Shown here: positions 34,470-48,000 of the stretch, piece after piece | Numbering within the stretch: the first letter of the stretch is position 1 | Layout: the number at the start of each line of letters is the position of its first letter | Assembly: GCA_002269645.1 (NCBI GenBank) | Contig: NIVC01000514.1 | Span: forward strand, 310,001 to 374,000 | Reading direction: 5' to 3' | Origin: Macrostomum lignano | Taxonomy: Eukaryota | DNA length: 64,000 nucleotides | Made by a program: the position numbers and the translations under genes | The notes under the pieces: generated by a model | The model's database searches: none | Told to the model about the DNA's origin: nothing | Seen by the model: the letters and a program-made list of their open reading frames with translations, nothing else

Positions 34470-37441
34470 ATGGGAGCCTTCCTTGACAAGCCTAAGATTG
34501 ACAAGCAAAATGACAGCGGGGAGGGCAACGGCCTGACCTACGGCCTGTCCAGCATGCAGGGCTGGCGCATCGAGATGGAGGACGCCCACTGCGCCGTCAC
34601 CGGCCTGCCCGGCAACCTGGCCAAGTGGTCCTTCTTTGCCGTGTTTGACGGCCACGCGGGCGCCCGCATCAGCGCCCACTGCGCCCAGCAGCTGCTCAAC
34701 GCCATCGTTGAGACTGACGATTTCAAGAAGCTGGACCCGGACGCCGTGCCGCCGTTTGAGGACGTGCAGCGGGGCATCCGTGACGGCTTCCTGAACCTGG
34801 ACAGCAAGATGCGCAAAATTCCCGAGGTGGAACTCGGCCAGGACAAGAGCGGCAGCACCGCCGTGTGCGTCCTCATCAGCCCGCACCACATCTACTTCGC
34901 CAACTGCGGCGACTCCCGCGGCATCCTGGTGCGCGACGGCAAGGTGGCCTTGGCCACCATGGACCACAAGCCCATCAACCCGGTTGAGAAGGAGCGCATT
35001 CAGAACGCCGGCGGCTCCGTCATGATCCAGCGGGTCAACGGCTCCCTGGCCGTCAGCCGGTCACTTGGCGACTACGACTACAAGAATGTTTGCGGGCGGG
35101 GGCCCACCGAGCAGCTGGTGTCTCCCGAGCCTGAGATTTTCTCAGAGTCCAGGTAAATCGCTGCCGAACTTGGCCCGTTAATTTGTCACCAGAATCAAGT
35201 GACTTGCTTCTGCATTCGGTCTTGAGATGGCGGCTTTTATTAGCTGATCCCAATTCTCAGGTGGCTAAGCATCAGTTGATCTCAATTCTCAGGTGGCTAA
35301 GCATCAGCTGATCCCAATTCTGAGGTGGCTAAGCATCAGCTGATCCCAATTCTCAGGTGGCTAAGCATCAGTTGATCTCAATCCTCAGGTGGCTAAGCAT
35401 CAGCTGATCTCAATCCTCAGGTGGCTAAGCATCAGCTGATCCCAATCCTCAGGCTAAGCATCAGCTGATCCCAATTCTGAGGTGGCTAAGCATCAGCTGA
35501 TCCCAATTCTGAGGTGGCTAAGCATCAGCTGATCTCAATCCTCAGGTGGCTAAGCATCAGCTGATCTCAATCCTCAGGTGGCTAAGCATCAGCTGATCCC
35601 AATTCTCAGGTGGCTAAGCATCAGCTGATCCCAATCCTCAGGTGGCTAAGCATCAGCTGATCCCAATTCTCAGGTGGCTAAGCATCAGTTGATCTCAATT
35701 CTCAGGTGGCTAAGCATCAGCTGATCCCAATCCTCAGGCTAAGCATCAGCTGATCCCAATCCTCAGGTGGCTAAGCATCAGCTGATCCCAATCCTCAGGT
35801 GGCTAAGCATCAGCTGATCCCAATCCTCAGGCTAAGCATCAGCTGATCCCAATTCTGAAGTGGCTAAGCATCAGCTGATCCCAATTCTGAAGTGGCTAAG
35901 CATCAGCTGATCCCAATTCTGAAGTGGCTAAGCATCAGCTGATCCCAATTCTGAAGTGGCTAAGCATCAGCTGATCCCAATTCTGAAGTGGCTAAGCATT
36001 AGCTGATCCCAATTCTGAAGTGGCTAAGCATCAGCTGATCCCAATTCTGAAGTGGCTAAGCATCAGCTGATCCCAATTCTGAAGTGGCTAAGCATCAGCT
36101 GATCCCAATTCTGAAGTGGCTAAGCATCAGCTGATCTCAATTCTCAGGTGGCTAAGCATCAGCTGATCTCAATTCTCAGGTGGCTAAGCATCAGCTGATA
36201 CCAGTGTAATCCTAAATACTTAATTTTTATGCCGCTTTCTCAAAGCTCGGCTCCCCCCCCCCCAGGCGCTAATAGCCTCTTGTCCGCCATCTATCTGATC
36301 CTCTAGGCCTGTCATTATTGATTAATAAATCGCATTAAAATCCCACCTTTTCTCTGTTGTATTCTTCAAATTTGGCTTCCCCAATCCCGGGCGAATTTCC
36401 GGCTTGCCTCAGCCTTTCTGCATTGATGCAGGCACAGTGAGGACTGCTTTTTAGTTAACGCTTTCGTAGGCAGCTCCTTTTAGTAAGCAGTTTATAAAAA
36501 TCTGGCTGAATTTTACCTGAAAAAATTTAAATCACAAGAATACAGAAATTGCTAGAGTAGGGATGGGGGGCCTTTGGAGTCGCCCAGGTGGGGAATTCAG
36601 CGTCTACAAGGTGGGGAATTCAGCGTCTACACGGTGGGGAATTCAGCGTCTACAAGGTGGGGAATTCAGCGTCTACAAGGTGGGGAATTCAGCGTCTACA
36701 AGGTGGGGAATTCAGCGTCTACAAGGTGGGGAATTCAGCGTCTACATGGTGGGGAATTCAGCATCTACACGGTGGGGAATTCAGCGTCTACACGGTGGGG
36801 AATTCAGCATCTACACGGTGGGGAATTCAGCGTCTACAAGGTGGGGAATTCAGCATCTACACGGTGGGGAATTCAGCATCTACACGGTGGGGAATTCAGC
36901 GTCTACAAGGTGGGAAATTCAGCCGCGAACCAGTCAGGAGATTCTGCATTACCACAACAAGGACTGAGCGTCAAACTCGTAAAACCACTCACCCCAACGT
37001 CAGGGACGACAAAGACCAGTTCATCGTGCTCGCCTGCGACGGAATCTGGGACGTGATGACGAACGAGGAGCTCTGCAGCTTCGTGCTGGACCGGGCCCGC
37101 GTGCGGAATTCCCTGTCCGCCGTCTGTGACGATGTGGTGGACACCTGCCTGCACAAGGGCAGCCGCGACAACATGAGCGTCATCATCATCGCCTTCGACA
37201 AGGCGCACTCCGTTGACGAAGCGGCCGTGGCGCGGGACAAGGCGCTGGACCGCCTCATCGAGACCAAGGTGACGGAGAAGATGAACGAGAACTCCAAGAT
37301 CGACCTTATGGAGCTGCTGTGCCAGCTGCAGGCCTCCATCAACGCCGAGGACCTGCCGCCCGGCGGTGGCCTGGCAGCAAAGTAAGGAGAGCGTCTGTGT
37401 GTGTGTGTGTCTGTCTGTCTGTCTGTCTGTCTGTGTGTCTA

Positions 37442-37502
<61 letters not shown>

Positions 37503-37535
37503 GTGTCTGTCTGTCTGTGTGTCTGTCTGTCTGTG

Positions 37536-37570
<35 letters not shown>

Positions 37571-37617
37571 GTGTCTGTCTGTCTGTGTGTCTGTCTGTCT
37601 GTGTGTGTCTGTCTGTA

Positions 37618-37648
<31 letters not shown>

Positions 37649-37790
37649 GTGTCTGTCTGTCTGTCTGTCTACCTGCCTTTATCCATCCCGCACTGCACAG
37701 CCAGCCTCACTGAACAATTTGCCTTGCAGGAAGGCCCTGGTGGAGAGCCTGTACCAGAAGTGGAACCCAGAATACGAGTCCTACGATTAG
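34470..37790 (+). CDS. PPM1A: Protein phosphatase 2C, PPM1A/PPM1B family, about 373 aa
   Basis: Exons 34470-35152, 37004-37381, 37730-37790 (1122 nt, GT-AG, in phase). Motifs [68 protein letters not shown]. Confidence 0.96.
35240..36200. repeat. PPM1 intron 1 minisatellite A, 32-bp unit (GCTAAGCATCAGCTGATCCCAATTCTGAGGTG), about 30 copies
   Basis: Seen directly. Confidence 0.95.
36585..36920. repeat. PPM1 intron 1 minisatellite B, 23-bp unit (GGTGGGGAATTCAGCGTCTACAA), about 14 copies
   Basis: Seen directly. Confidence 0.95.
37395..37670. repeat. PPM1 intron 2 compound microsatellite (TG)n/(TCTG)n
   Basis: Seen directly. Confidence 0.95.
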
Positions 37791-38344
37791 AGCAGCGCCA
37801 ACTAGCCAGCGGGTGAGTTCCAGCGTCGCTTCTGCTCTGTCACGCAGCCCCACAGTCTGACCGGACCCCCCCCCCGCATCTCCCCATTGCAGCGAGGCGC
37901 CCGAGGGAGCGTCCCCGAATCCGTGTTTCTGTTTGCTCGCTCCGCCGCCGTAATATAGCAGACTTTTATACATATTGAAATTACATAATACTTGCGTTAG
38001 TAACCGATGCATACCAGTTTACTATTACTATAATATTAATCTGTTTCCTCACTCCGCTCCTCTGTGCTGCACCCATAGAATTGTTCTGCTCCATCGTTTG
38101 TTTGCTGATTTGTTTGCTCTTCTTCTGCCTCTCCATCTCTCACGCTTACTAATCTACCGCACTAAATACTACTCACTGTTGCTAGCTAGCTAGTAGTGCA
38201 GCGCGGGCATTGCCGCGTCTGATGTAATTCCAGCCCCGGCCCGGCGGTCACAGCCCTGTTGATTTTTACCCCGAGCTGCCGAACTGAATTCTTTTCCCCC
38301 GTTTTTATCGCCCATTTCGATTGTCGCATCGTTTTTATTCCGAG

Positions 38345-39247
38345 AGCTGGGGTTTTGAGTGATTTAGCTTGAGCTGGGTTGTGAGTGATTTAGCTTGAGC
38401 TGGGTTTTGAGTGATTTAGCTTGAGCTGGGTTTTGAGTGATTTAGCTTGAGCTGGGTTGTGAGTGATTTAGCTTGAGTTGGGTTGTGAGTGATTTAGCTT
38501 GAGCTGGGTTGTGAGTGATTTAGCTTGAGTTGGGTTGTGAGTGATTTAGCTTGAGCTGGGTTTTGAGTGATTTAGCTTGAGCTGGGTTGAGTGATTTAGC
38601 TTGAGCTGGGTTGTGAGTGATTTAGCTTGAGCTGGGTTGTGAGTGATTTAGCTTGAGCTGGGTTGTGAGTGATTTAGCTTGAGCTGGGTTGAGTGATTTA
38701 GCTTGAGCTGGGTTTTGAGTGATTTAGCTTGAGCTGGGTTGAGTGATTTAGCTTGAGCTGGGTTGTGAGTGATTTAGCTTGAGCTGGGTTGTGAGTGATT
38801 TAGCTTGAGCTGGGTTGAGTGATTTAGCTTGAGCTGGGTTGTGAGTGATTTAGCTTGAGCTGGGTTGTGAGTGATTTAGCTTGAGCTGGGTTGAGTGATT
38901 TAGCTTGAGCTGGGTTGTGAGTGATTTAGCTTGAGCTGGGTTTTGAGTGATTTAGCTTGAGCTGGGTTTTGAGTGATTTAGCTTGAGCTGGGTTTTGAGT
39001 GATTTAGCTTGAGCTGGGTTGCTAGTGATTTAGCTTGAGCTGGGTTGTGAGTGATTTAGCTTGAGCTGGGTTGCTAGTGATTTAGCTTGAGCTGTGTTGT
39101 GAGTGATTTAGCTTGAGTTGGGTTGTGAGTGATTTAGCTTGAGTTGGGTTTTGAGTGATTTAGCTTGAGCTGGGTTGCTAGTGATTTAGCTTGAGCTGGG
39201 TTGTGAGTGATTTAGCTTGAGCTGGGTTTTGAGTGATTTAGCTTGAG
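38345..39247. repeat. Minisatellite, 26-bp unit (GAGTGATTTAGCTTGAGCTGGGTTGT), about 35 copies
   Basis: Seen directly. Confidence 0.95.
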
Positions 39248-40854
39248 TCCGATGCTGCAGAGAGCCTGCGGGACTTCCCAATTTCCAGGCTGCGGGGGGG
39301 GGGGGGCAAAGTGGAGAAATTCAGGTTGGCTACTCAAAACTCTGCCGCTCTGCGCTTATGTTTTATTTTTCGTGTTTGACTGTTTTTTTACTTTACTTAC
39401 TACTTAGTTCTACCGGTACTGTTCGTAGGCGTGGCGCGCTTCGGCGTCGAATTGTGTTAAAATTAAGTGAAAATTCAAACTTCAATAATGAATTGCTGCG
39501 CTGCCCCGCCGACTCCTTAATTTTTTGTTTTGCTGAAATTTTCAAACTTCCTTTTTACCGCCGTGTCGCCGCGCTGACTCTAACAAAAATTAATATTCTG
39601 CCCCAATTATCGCTACTTATTATTAGTAGTAGTAATTCGCCTGCTTGCAGAAACAAATTTATTTTTGGTTCTATCGCTATAAACAGTTATTTCTACTCCC
39701 GACTCAGTTCTGTCTGACAATATTCATGCCGCTTTTGTTTTAATTCTGCGCGGGCCGGGCCGCCAGCCGTAGTTTCAGCCCCGGCCCGCGGTAGCTGCTG
39801 AGACAGACGCTTTGCCCTGCGTTTTTCTCCGTTTCAATCAGTGCTGCCTCCGCAGACGGGCCGCCTGCGTAAAATTGAAAAATCTACAAATACAATTTAC
39901 AAAATCCTCCAAATGCTTAAAATTCCCACCAACAATCGTCTCCCAGTTCAGTGAAATTAACTCTAGAGATTAACAAAAACGCCAGAGCCGCCGCGTTCCG
40001 CTTTTCCCGCTCTGATTTTTTCTCTCTCGGAGGTCGCAAATTTCGCTCGTGATAAGGAAATTGTTTTGGAGCTCTCGGAGCCCCGCATTTCGATACTCCC
40101 GGCCGCGCTGACATCTGCGCCCGCATCTGAGCCCCCGAAACCCGACCTGCTGCAGCCCCTGATTGATGCCAGGCCACGCCTGCTCCGACCCGCTCCCGTT
40201 GACGGACTGCCGGCCTGGGAGCCGCTGCGCAGATGCCGCCGCCTGCGACAGTGTTGGAGCAGCTCCGCAGCTCTTGTCTGTCAGCGGAGCGCCATCCCGC
40301 CTGCATTGTTGTGCCCAGGCCGCCTGGCTCGGCTCTCACGCTGCCGCCTCCAGTTCGCTATTTAGGCAGCCCCAGCCTGCCGCAGTTGCAGCTCAGTAGC
40401 TGCAGTGTGTGCCAGTCCGATAACTGTGCCAGCAGTTCTGCTATATCTGATTTCTGCCCAAAGTCAACACTAACTGGCTTATTTGGCAATCCGTGAGAAT
40501 TCGCTCTTTGCAAGTGGAAACTCCCGGCCTCATTTGGGCTGCTGTCTTGGGTTGTCTTTACGCCTCGTTTCCGGCGATGCTCGGCACTTGTTGGACAAAA
40601 TTCTATTGCGCGTTTTGTTAATTCGAAGCTCGGAAATCCGAAATATGACTTTAATCCAGTCATTGGTTAGGCTAATAGCCAATTCCGCAGTGTGGAATCT
40701 GCTGGTGCGGCTGTTGTGATCAAGGCTGTAGGCAAGCAGCAGTCCTTGGAGACCTCGTAAAATACGTATGATCTTTGTAACTTATCAGCTTCTGTGAGCA
40801 TTGATCAAATACATTTATCCTGTCGCCACGTAAATGGCCGCTGAAATTGCAGGC

Positions 40855-41708
40855 AGATTATCAAGCCACTAATACATCGCAGTGAGATTATCAAGCCACT
40901 ATTACAGCCAGTGGGATTCTCGAGCCGGTATTAAGATCGCAGTGAGATTGTCAAGCCACTATTACAGCCAGTGAGATTGTCAAGCCACTATTACAGCCAG
41001 TGAGATTGTCGAGCCACTATCACGGGTTGTGAGATTTTCAAGCCACTATTACAGCCAGTGAGATTGTCGAGCCACTTTCACAGGTTGTGTGATTATCAAG
41101 ACACTATCACGGGTTGTGAGATTATCAAGCCACTATCACAGGTTGTGTGATTATCAAGACACTATCACGGGTTGTGAGATTATCAAGCCACTATCACAGG
41201 TTGTGTGATTATCAAGACACTATCACAGGTTGTGTGATTATCAAGACACTCACAGGTTGTGAGATTATCAAGCCACTTTCACAGGTTGTGAGATTATCAA
41301 GCCACTATCACAGGTTGTGAGATTACCAAGCCACTATTACAGCCAGTGAGATTGTCAAGCCACTATCACAGGTTGTGTGATTATCAAGCCACTATCACAG
41401 GTTGTGAGATTACCAAGCCACTATCACAGGTTGTGAGATTATCAAGCCACTATCACAGGTTGTGAGATTATCAAGCCACTATTACAGCCAGTGAGATTGT
41501 CAAGCCACTATCACAGGTTGTGAGATTATCAAGCCACTATTACAGCCAGTGAGATTGTCAAGCCACTATCACAGGTTGTGAGATTATCAAGCCACTATTA
41601 CAGCCAGTGAGATTGTCAAGCCATTATCACAGGTTGTGTGATTATCAAGACACTATCACAGGTTGTGTGATTATCAAGACACTATCACAGGTTGTGTGAT
41701 TATCAAGC
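40855..41708. repeat. Minisatellite, 29-bp unit (GATTATCAAGCCACTATCACAGGTTGTGA), about 29 copies, upstream of the muscleblind ATG
   Basis: Seen directly; may lie in a 5'UTR intron. Confidence 0.93.
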
Positions 41709-42072
41709 CGCTATCGCACAGCCAGCGAGATTATCAAACCAATTCCAATTCCAAACTCCACGCAAACCCAGGTGTGCCGCGCTCCATTTTTGTCCCAAAT
41801 TTGGTCATTAAGTGCCTGTGATCTCTGCATACAAGACCTGATCCAAGCCAGAAGCAGCCATCTGTGCTCCAGTCTTGTTACTATTGGCCAGCAGCGCTCA
41901 GCCAATGGGAGCCGCGCCAGACCAAGTAGCCCAGCGAAAACTCCTAGCCGGGCTACAAAGGCCCGTCTGCAGGCCTCCCTGCCGGCTCTCAGCCCCCAGC
42001 GCCGTCTCGACTCTCCCAGAGCTCCGATCTGCCCCGAAAAAACTGCAGAAGCAGCAGACAGCAGAAGCAGAA

Positions 42073-45000
42073 ATGACCAGCCAGCAAGAAGCCGCAGCCG
42101 CGGCCGCCCTGTCGCTCATGACCGGAGCCGGCGGCGGCGTTAACGCGGGCCTGACGTTCCCGCCGCAGGGCAAGGACAGCCGCTGGCTGACGCTGGAGGT
42201 CTGCCGCGAGTTCCAGCGGAACAAGTGCAGCCGCACCGACGACGAGTGCCGCTTCGCGCACCCGCCAGCCCACGTGGAGGTGCAGCAGAACGGCCGCGTG
42301 GTCTGCTGCTATGACTCCATCAAGGTGAGCGCTGCAGAGTTCGAATCCGCCCCCATACTTCACCGAATTCACTCCATCCTTCCCGAATCCGCCGCCATAC
42401 TTCACCGAATCCGCCCCATCCTTCCCGAATCCGCCCCCATACTTCACCGAATCCGCCCCATCCTTCCCGAATCCGCCCCATCCTTCCCGAATCCGCCTCA
42501 TCATCCTCGAATCCGCCCCATCCTCCGAAGCCATCCCACCCTTTTTATCTAATCCGCTCCATACTTCCCAGAATCCACCCCATACTTCTTGAATCCGCCC
42601 CATCCTCCTCGAATCCGCCCCATCATTCCCGAATCCGCCCCATCCTCCCCGAATCCGCCCCATCCTCCCCGAATCCGCCCCATCCTCCCCGAATCCGCCC
42701 ATCCTCCTCGAATCCGCCCCATCCTCCTCGAATCCGCCCCATCCTCCCCGAATCCGCCCCATCCTCCCCGAATCCGCCCCATCCTCCTCGAATCCGCCCC
42801 ATCCTCCTCGAATCCGCCCCATCCTCCTCGAATCCGCCCCATCCTCCTCGAATCCGCGCCATCCTCCTCGAATCCGCCCCATCCTCCTCGAATCCGCCCC
42901 ATCCTCCTCGAATCCGCCCCATCCTCCTCAAATCCGCCCCATCCTCCTCGAATCCGCCCCATCCTCCCCGAATCCGCCCCATCCTCCCCGAATCCGCCCC
43001 ATCCTCCCCGAATCCGCCCCATCCTCCCCGAATCCGCCCATCCTCCCCGAATCCGCCCCATCCTCCCCGAATCCGCCCCATCCTCCCCGAATCCGCCCCA
43101 TCCTTCCCGAATCCGCGGCGTCCTTCCCAGAAAACCCGACAACAATGCCACACAAAGCCATTCGCTGAGGCCCATTTGACTTCCCCTGCTCAGCCGAGAG
43201 TACAAACAGCAGTCAGACGGTCTCCCCCAGTCAGCTCAAAGCCCACCCGAGCGAGCCGCACTTGAGACGCTGCCTCCCCCCCCCGCCAATAAACTGCAAG
43301 CCAGAGCCAGGTGCAGCAGGCCAGGCGCACTCTAGGAGGCTGGATAACTGGCCCCGAGCAATGATGTTGGGCTCCAACGGCCCCCGTCAGTAAATACACC
43401 GCTGACTCACATTACACACCGCGCACACAGCAGTCTGGGCTACACACCCCGAAACTGCTCACTACGAGCCGCTCGCAGCTTCATCTCTTGGCTTCTTTTC
43501 TTCTGCTCTGGCTTTTTTGCTTGTCTCCGCGCAAAGCCGCCGAGCCAGAACTCTCTCGGCGGGACAGAAGGGAAAAATTGAAGGTCCCCGAGCGCAATGG
43601 CAGAACAATGGCAGTCCGCGCTCAGCGAGCCTCTCTGCAGACATCGCAGGCGGTGCCCGAGGCTCTTCTGTGTCTCTGCTGGTCTCACCGAGCTCTGAAT
43701 AGCTGGGGTACTTTTCTACCCGTCTGCGATAGCTGCAGTGCTAAAATAGTTTTTTTTCAAAGCTGCATAAGACTACGGCTGGCTAGTCAAAACAAGCCCT
43801 CTGGAGACCATTGTCTGGGCTCGCAGCTGTTAGATAATTTATGCTTCTTTGCACGCAACTGCACCGAATTTTTTATTAATATCTTTAATGTGTACAACTT
43901 ATGCCTGCCCAGTGAAATCAAACTGAGTTTGTGGTTAACTGGCTGAAGGAGTCGGCTATGCGGTCTTCAGTCTGTGACAGTCGGGTAGATGGTCCTCAGA
44001 CAGTCGGGTGGATGGTCCTCAGACAGTCGGGTAGATGGTCCTCAGACAGTCGGGTAGATGGTCCTCAGACAGTCGGGTGGATGGTCCTCAGCCAGTCGGG
44101 TAGATGGTCCTCAGACAGTCGGGTAGATGGTCCTCAGCCAGTCGGGTAGATGGTCCTCAGACAGTCGGGTAGATGGTCCTCGGACAGTCGGGTAGATGGT
44201 CCTCAGCCAGTCGGGTAGATGGTCCTCAGACAGTCGGGTAGATGGTCCTCGGACAGTCGGGTAGATGGTCCTCAGACAGTCGGGTAGATGGTCCTCGGAC
44301 AGTCGGGTAGATGGTCCTCAGCCAGTCGGGTAGATGGTCCTCAGACAGTCGGGTAGATGGTCCTCAGACAGTCGGGTAGATGCTCCTCAGACAGTCGGGT
44401 AGATGGTCCTCAGCCAGTCGGGTAGATGGTCCTCATGCAGTCGGGTAGATGGTCCTCAGCGCAGTCTGTGGGAGTTCAACTCAATCCTGCATCCGCCTCC
44501 CGCCAGGGCAAGTGCCAGCGCCGGGAGCCGCCATGCAAGTACCTGCACCCGCCGCAGCACCTGCGAGAACAGCTGCTGCAGAATGGCCGGCAGAACCTCA
44601 TCATCAAGAACCTGCAGATGCAGATGCTGTCCCAGAGCTTCGCTGTGGGACAGTACATTCCCATATCTGCCGGGGTGAGTTCAGTACATTCCCATCTCTG
44701 CCGGGGTGAGTTCAGTACATTCCCATCTCTGCCGGGGTGAGTTCAGTACATTCCCATCTCTGCCGGGGCACTGAGCTGAGACTGGGGTGGATCCGAAGTC
44801 CCTTGACCGGTGCCCATCCCGGTACATTTGCCAGCGGGAGGACATGCAGCGGCCGGGCAGTCATAAAAAAGCAAACAAGAGAATCTGGCGGCAGCAGTAA
44901 AGCTTGGAGCCGCAGCGCAGCAAGTGACAAGCGTAGCAGCAGTCGCCTCCTTGTCCCGCCCGCTGGGAATGGGGAAAATTATCCCCATTGTCAAGTGTCG

Positions 45001-48000
45001 GGACAGTCGGTGTGGGGCCGCCTCAGTCGCCATTCAATTGTGGCGGGGTGGGGGGGCGGCCCTCTGTCAGCCGCGGTTCCCTTCTCCCTCTTTTGTCCCA
45101 TGCAGACTCCCCAGCTCAGCGCGGCAGGTGGGGGCAGGAGGCTTTGACGCCGCAATTTCTGCTTTTCTCGCCCTTTTTTGAGCAGCTGCAGGCTGGGGGC
45201 TCGGCGGCGGCCTGAACTCGCATCTAATGTCCTCGGAGTCGGCCGCCCCCCCCTGCAATTATGCTGGACCGCCGCCTCCTCTCCGGGGCTCCTCAGTCCC
45301 GCTGCCTGACAGGCTGAGTCACTCGCTGCTCAATCTGCTCAGCCCTGCAGTCCCGGGGAGACTCGAGCTTGGCTTAATAGCGCACCGGCTGAGCAGTCTC
45401 CCCCCCCCTACCGACAACTCAATTTCTCTCTGCAGCTCGGCTACCCCTGCTCGCCCTCCGTGTGTTCTCTTTGCGTCTCCGCGACTCCGCCGGCTTTCGC
45501 TGCCCTGCTCGGTCTGCGTCTCTCATCTGCCCTCTCCCTCTCCTCTCTTCTCTCATCTGCCCTCTCCCTCTCCTCTCTTCTCTCATCTGCCCTCTCCCTC
45601 TTCTCTCTTCTCTTTCTCTGCCTCTCCTCTCTCCTCTCTTCTCTCATCTGCCCTCTCCTCTCTTCTCTCATCTGCCCTCTCCTCTCTTCTCTCATCTGCC
45701 CTCTCCCTCTCCTCTCTTCTCTCATCTGCCCTCTCCCTCTCCTCTCTTCTCTCATCTGCCCTCTCCTCTCTTCTCTCATCTGCCCTCTCCCTCTCCTCTC
45801 TTCTCTCATCTGCCCTCTCCCTCTCCTCTCTTCTCTCATCTGCCCTCTCCTCTCTTCTCTCATCTGCCCTCTCCCTCTCCTCTCTTCTCTCATCTGCCCT
45901 CTCCCTCTTCTCTCTTCTCTTTCTCTGCCTCTCCTCTCTCCTCTCTTCTCTCATCTGCCCTCTCCTCTCTTCTCTCATCTGCCCTCTCCTCTCTTCTCTC
46001 ATCTGCCCTCTCCTCTCTTCTCTCATCTGCCCTCTCCTCTCTTCTCTCATCTGCCCTCTCCTCTCTTCTCTCATCTGCCCTCTCCTCTCTTCTCTCATCT
46101 GCCCTCTCCTCTCTTCTCTCATCTGCCCTCTCCTCTCTTCTCTCATCTGCCCTCTCCTCTCTTCTCTCATCTGCCCTCTCCCTCTCCTCTCTTCTCTCAT
46201 CTGCCCTCTCCCTCTCCTCTCTTCTCTCATCTGCCCTCTCCTCTCTTCTCTCATCTGCCCTCTCCCTCTCCTCTCTTCTCTCATCTGCCCTCTCCCTCTC
46301 CTCTCTTCTCTCATCTGCCCTCTCCCTCTCCTCTCTTCTCTCATCTGCCCTCTCCTCTCTTCTCTCATCTGCCCTCTCCCTCTCCTCTCTTCTCTCATCT
46401 GCCCTCTCCTCTCTTCTCTCATCTGCCCTCTCCCTCTCCTCTCTTCTCTCATCTGCCCTCTCCCTCTCCTCTCTTCTCTCATCTGCCCTCTCCTCTCTTC
46501 TCTCATCTGCCCTCTCCCTCTCCTCTCTTCTCTCATCTGCCCTCTCCCTCTCCTCTCTTCTCTCATCTGCCCTCTCCTCTCTTCTCTCATCTGCCCTCTC
46601 CCTCTCCTCTCTTCTCTCATCTGCCCTCTCCTCTCTTCTCTCATCTGCCCTCTCCCTCTCCTCTCTTCTCTCATCTGCCCTCTCCCTCTCCTCTCTTCTC
46701 TCATCTGCCCTCTCCTCTCTTCTCTCATCTGCCCTCTCCCTCTCCTCTCTTCTCTCATCTGCCCTCTCCCTCTCCTCTCTTCTCTCATCTGCCCTCTCCT
46801 CTCTTCTCTCATCTGCCCTCTCCCTCTCCTCTCTTCTCTCATCTGCCCTCTCCCTCTCCTCTCTTCTCTCCTTGCCCTCTCTCCTGCTTTCCTCTTCCCA
46901 CCTCTATTTCCCCGCTTTCTCGTCTTTTTCCGCTATGAATTAAACTCAGCTTCCGCAACTCTCCACGACTTTCTGCGGCATCTCTGCTCTGTCCACCGCG
47001 CCCTGCCAAAAGTTTCATGGCCGCCTTGATGGCCACTGTAGACCTTCGCCATCCGCCATCGCTCCCAGCATCTCCCGCCATCCCCTGCCTGATCCCCCGT
47101 TGGGGCCACTTGCAATAACTCGATATTTTATACTGCAGTGGGAGAGGCGGCCCCGCAGCGGAGACTTTATCTCTCAATTCTTGAAAGCAAATTGCATTCT
47201 CCACCGCCCACTGAAGCTTCTATGGGGGGGCCGGGTGGCCGTTCCGTTTCCTGGAAAAGATACGGGAGATAAAAAATATCGGCTGCAGTTTTCTGCGCTT
47301 CTCCTAGCGATCCGTCTCTCTTTGATCTGGTTTTGGCTGTGCCCAGGCTGAGGGACAGGCAGGGTGGGTGCTCAGGCTGAGGGACAGGCAGGGTGGGTGC
47401 TCACGCTGAGGGACAGGCAGGGTGGGTGCTCAGGCTGAGGGACAGGCAGGGTGGGTGCTCACGCTGAGGGACATGCAGAGTGGGTGCTCAGGCTGAGGGA
47501 CAGGCAGGGTGGGTGCTCAGGCTGAGGGACAGGCAGGGTGGGTGCTCACGCTGAGGGACATGCAGAGTGGGTGCTCAGGCTGAGGGACAGGCAGGGTGGG
47601 TGCTCAGGCTGAGGGACAGGCAGGGTGGGTGCTCAGGCTGAGGGAGAGGCAGGGTGGGTTCTCAGGCTGAGGGAGAGGCAGGGTGGGTGCTCAGGCTGAG
47701 GGACATGCAGAGTGGGTGCTCAGGCTGAGGGAGAGGCAGGGTGGGTTCTCAGGCTGAGGGAGAGGCAGGGTGGGTTCTCACGCTGAGGGACATGCAGAGT
47801 GGGTGCTCAGGCTGAGGGAGAGGCAGGGTGGGTTCTCAGGCTGAGGGAGAGGCAGGGTGGGTTCTCACGCTGAGGGACATGCAGAGTGGGTGCTCAGGCT
47901 GAGGGACAGGCAGGGTGGGTGCTCAGGCTGGGTGCTCAGTGACAAACAGGGAGATCGCTTCAAAGCAAGCTGGGTGCTCAAACTCAGCCCTAAACTCAGC

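Noticed and set aside
45227-47029. 400-600 aa ORFs (SSLICPL / REERRGQM)
   Set aside because: Stop-free translations of a CT-rich intronic array, open in several frames and on both strands.
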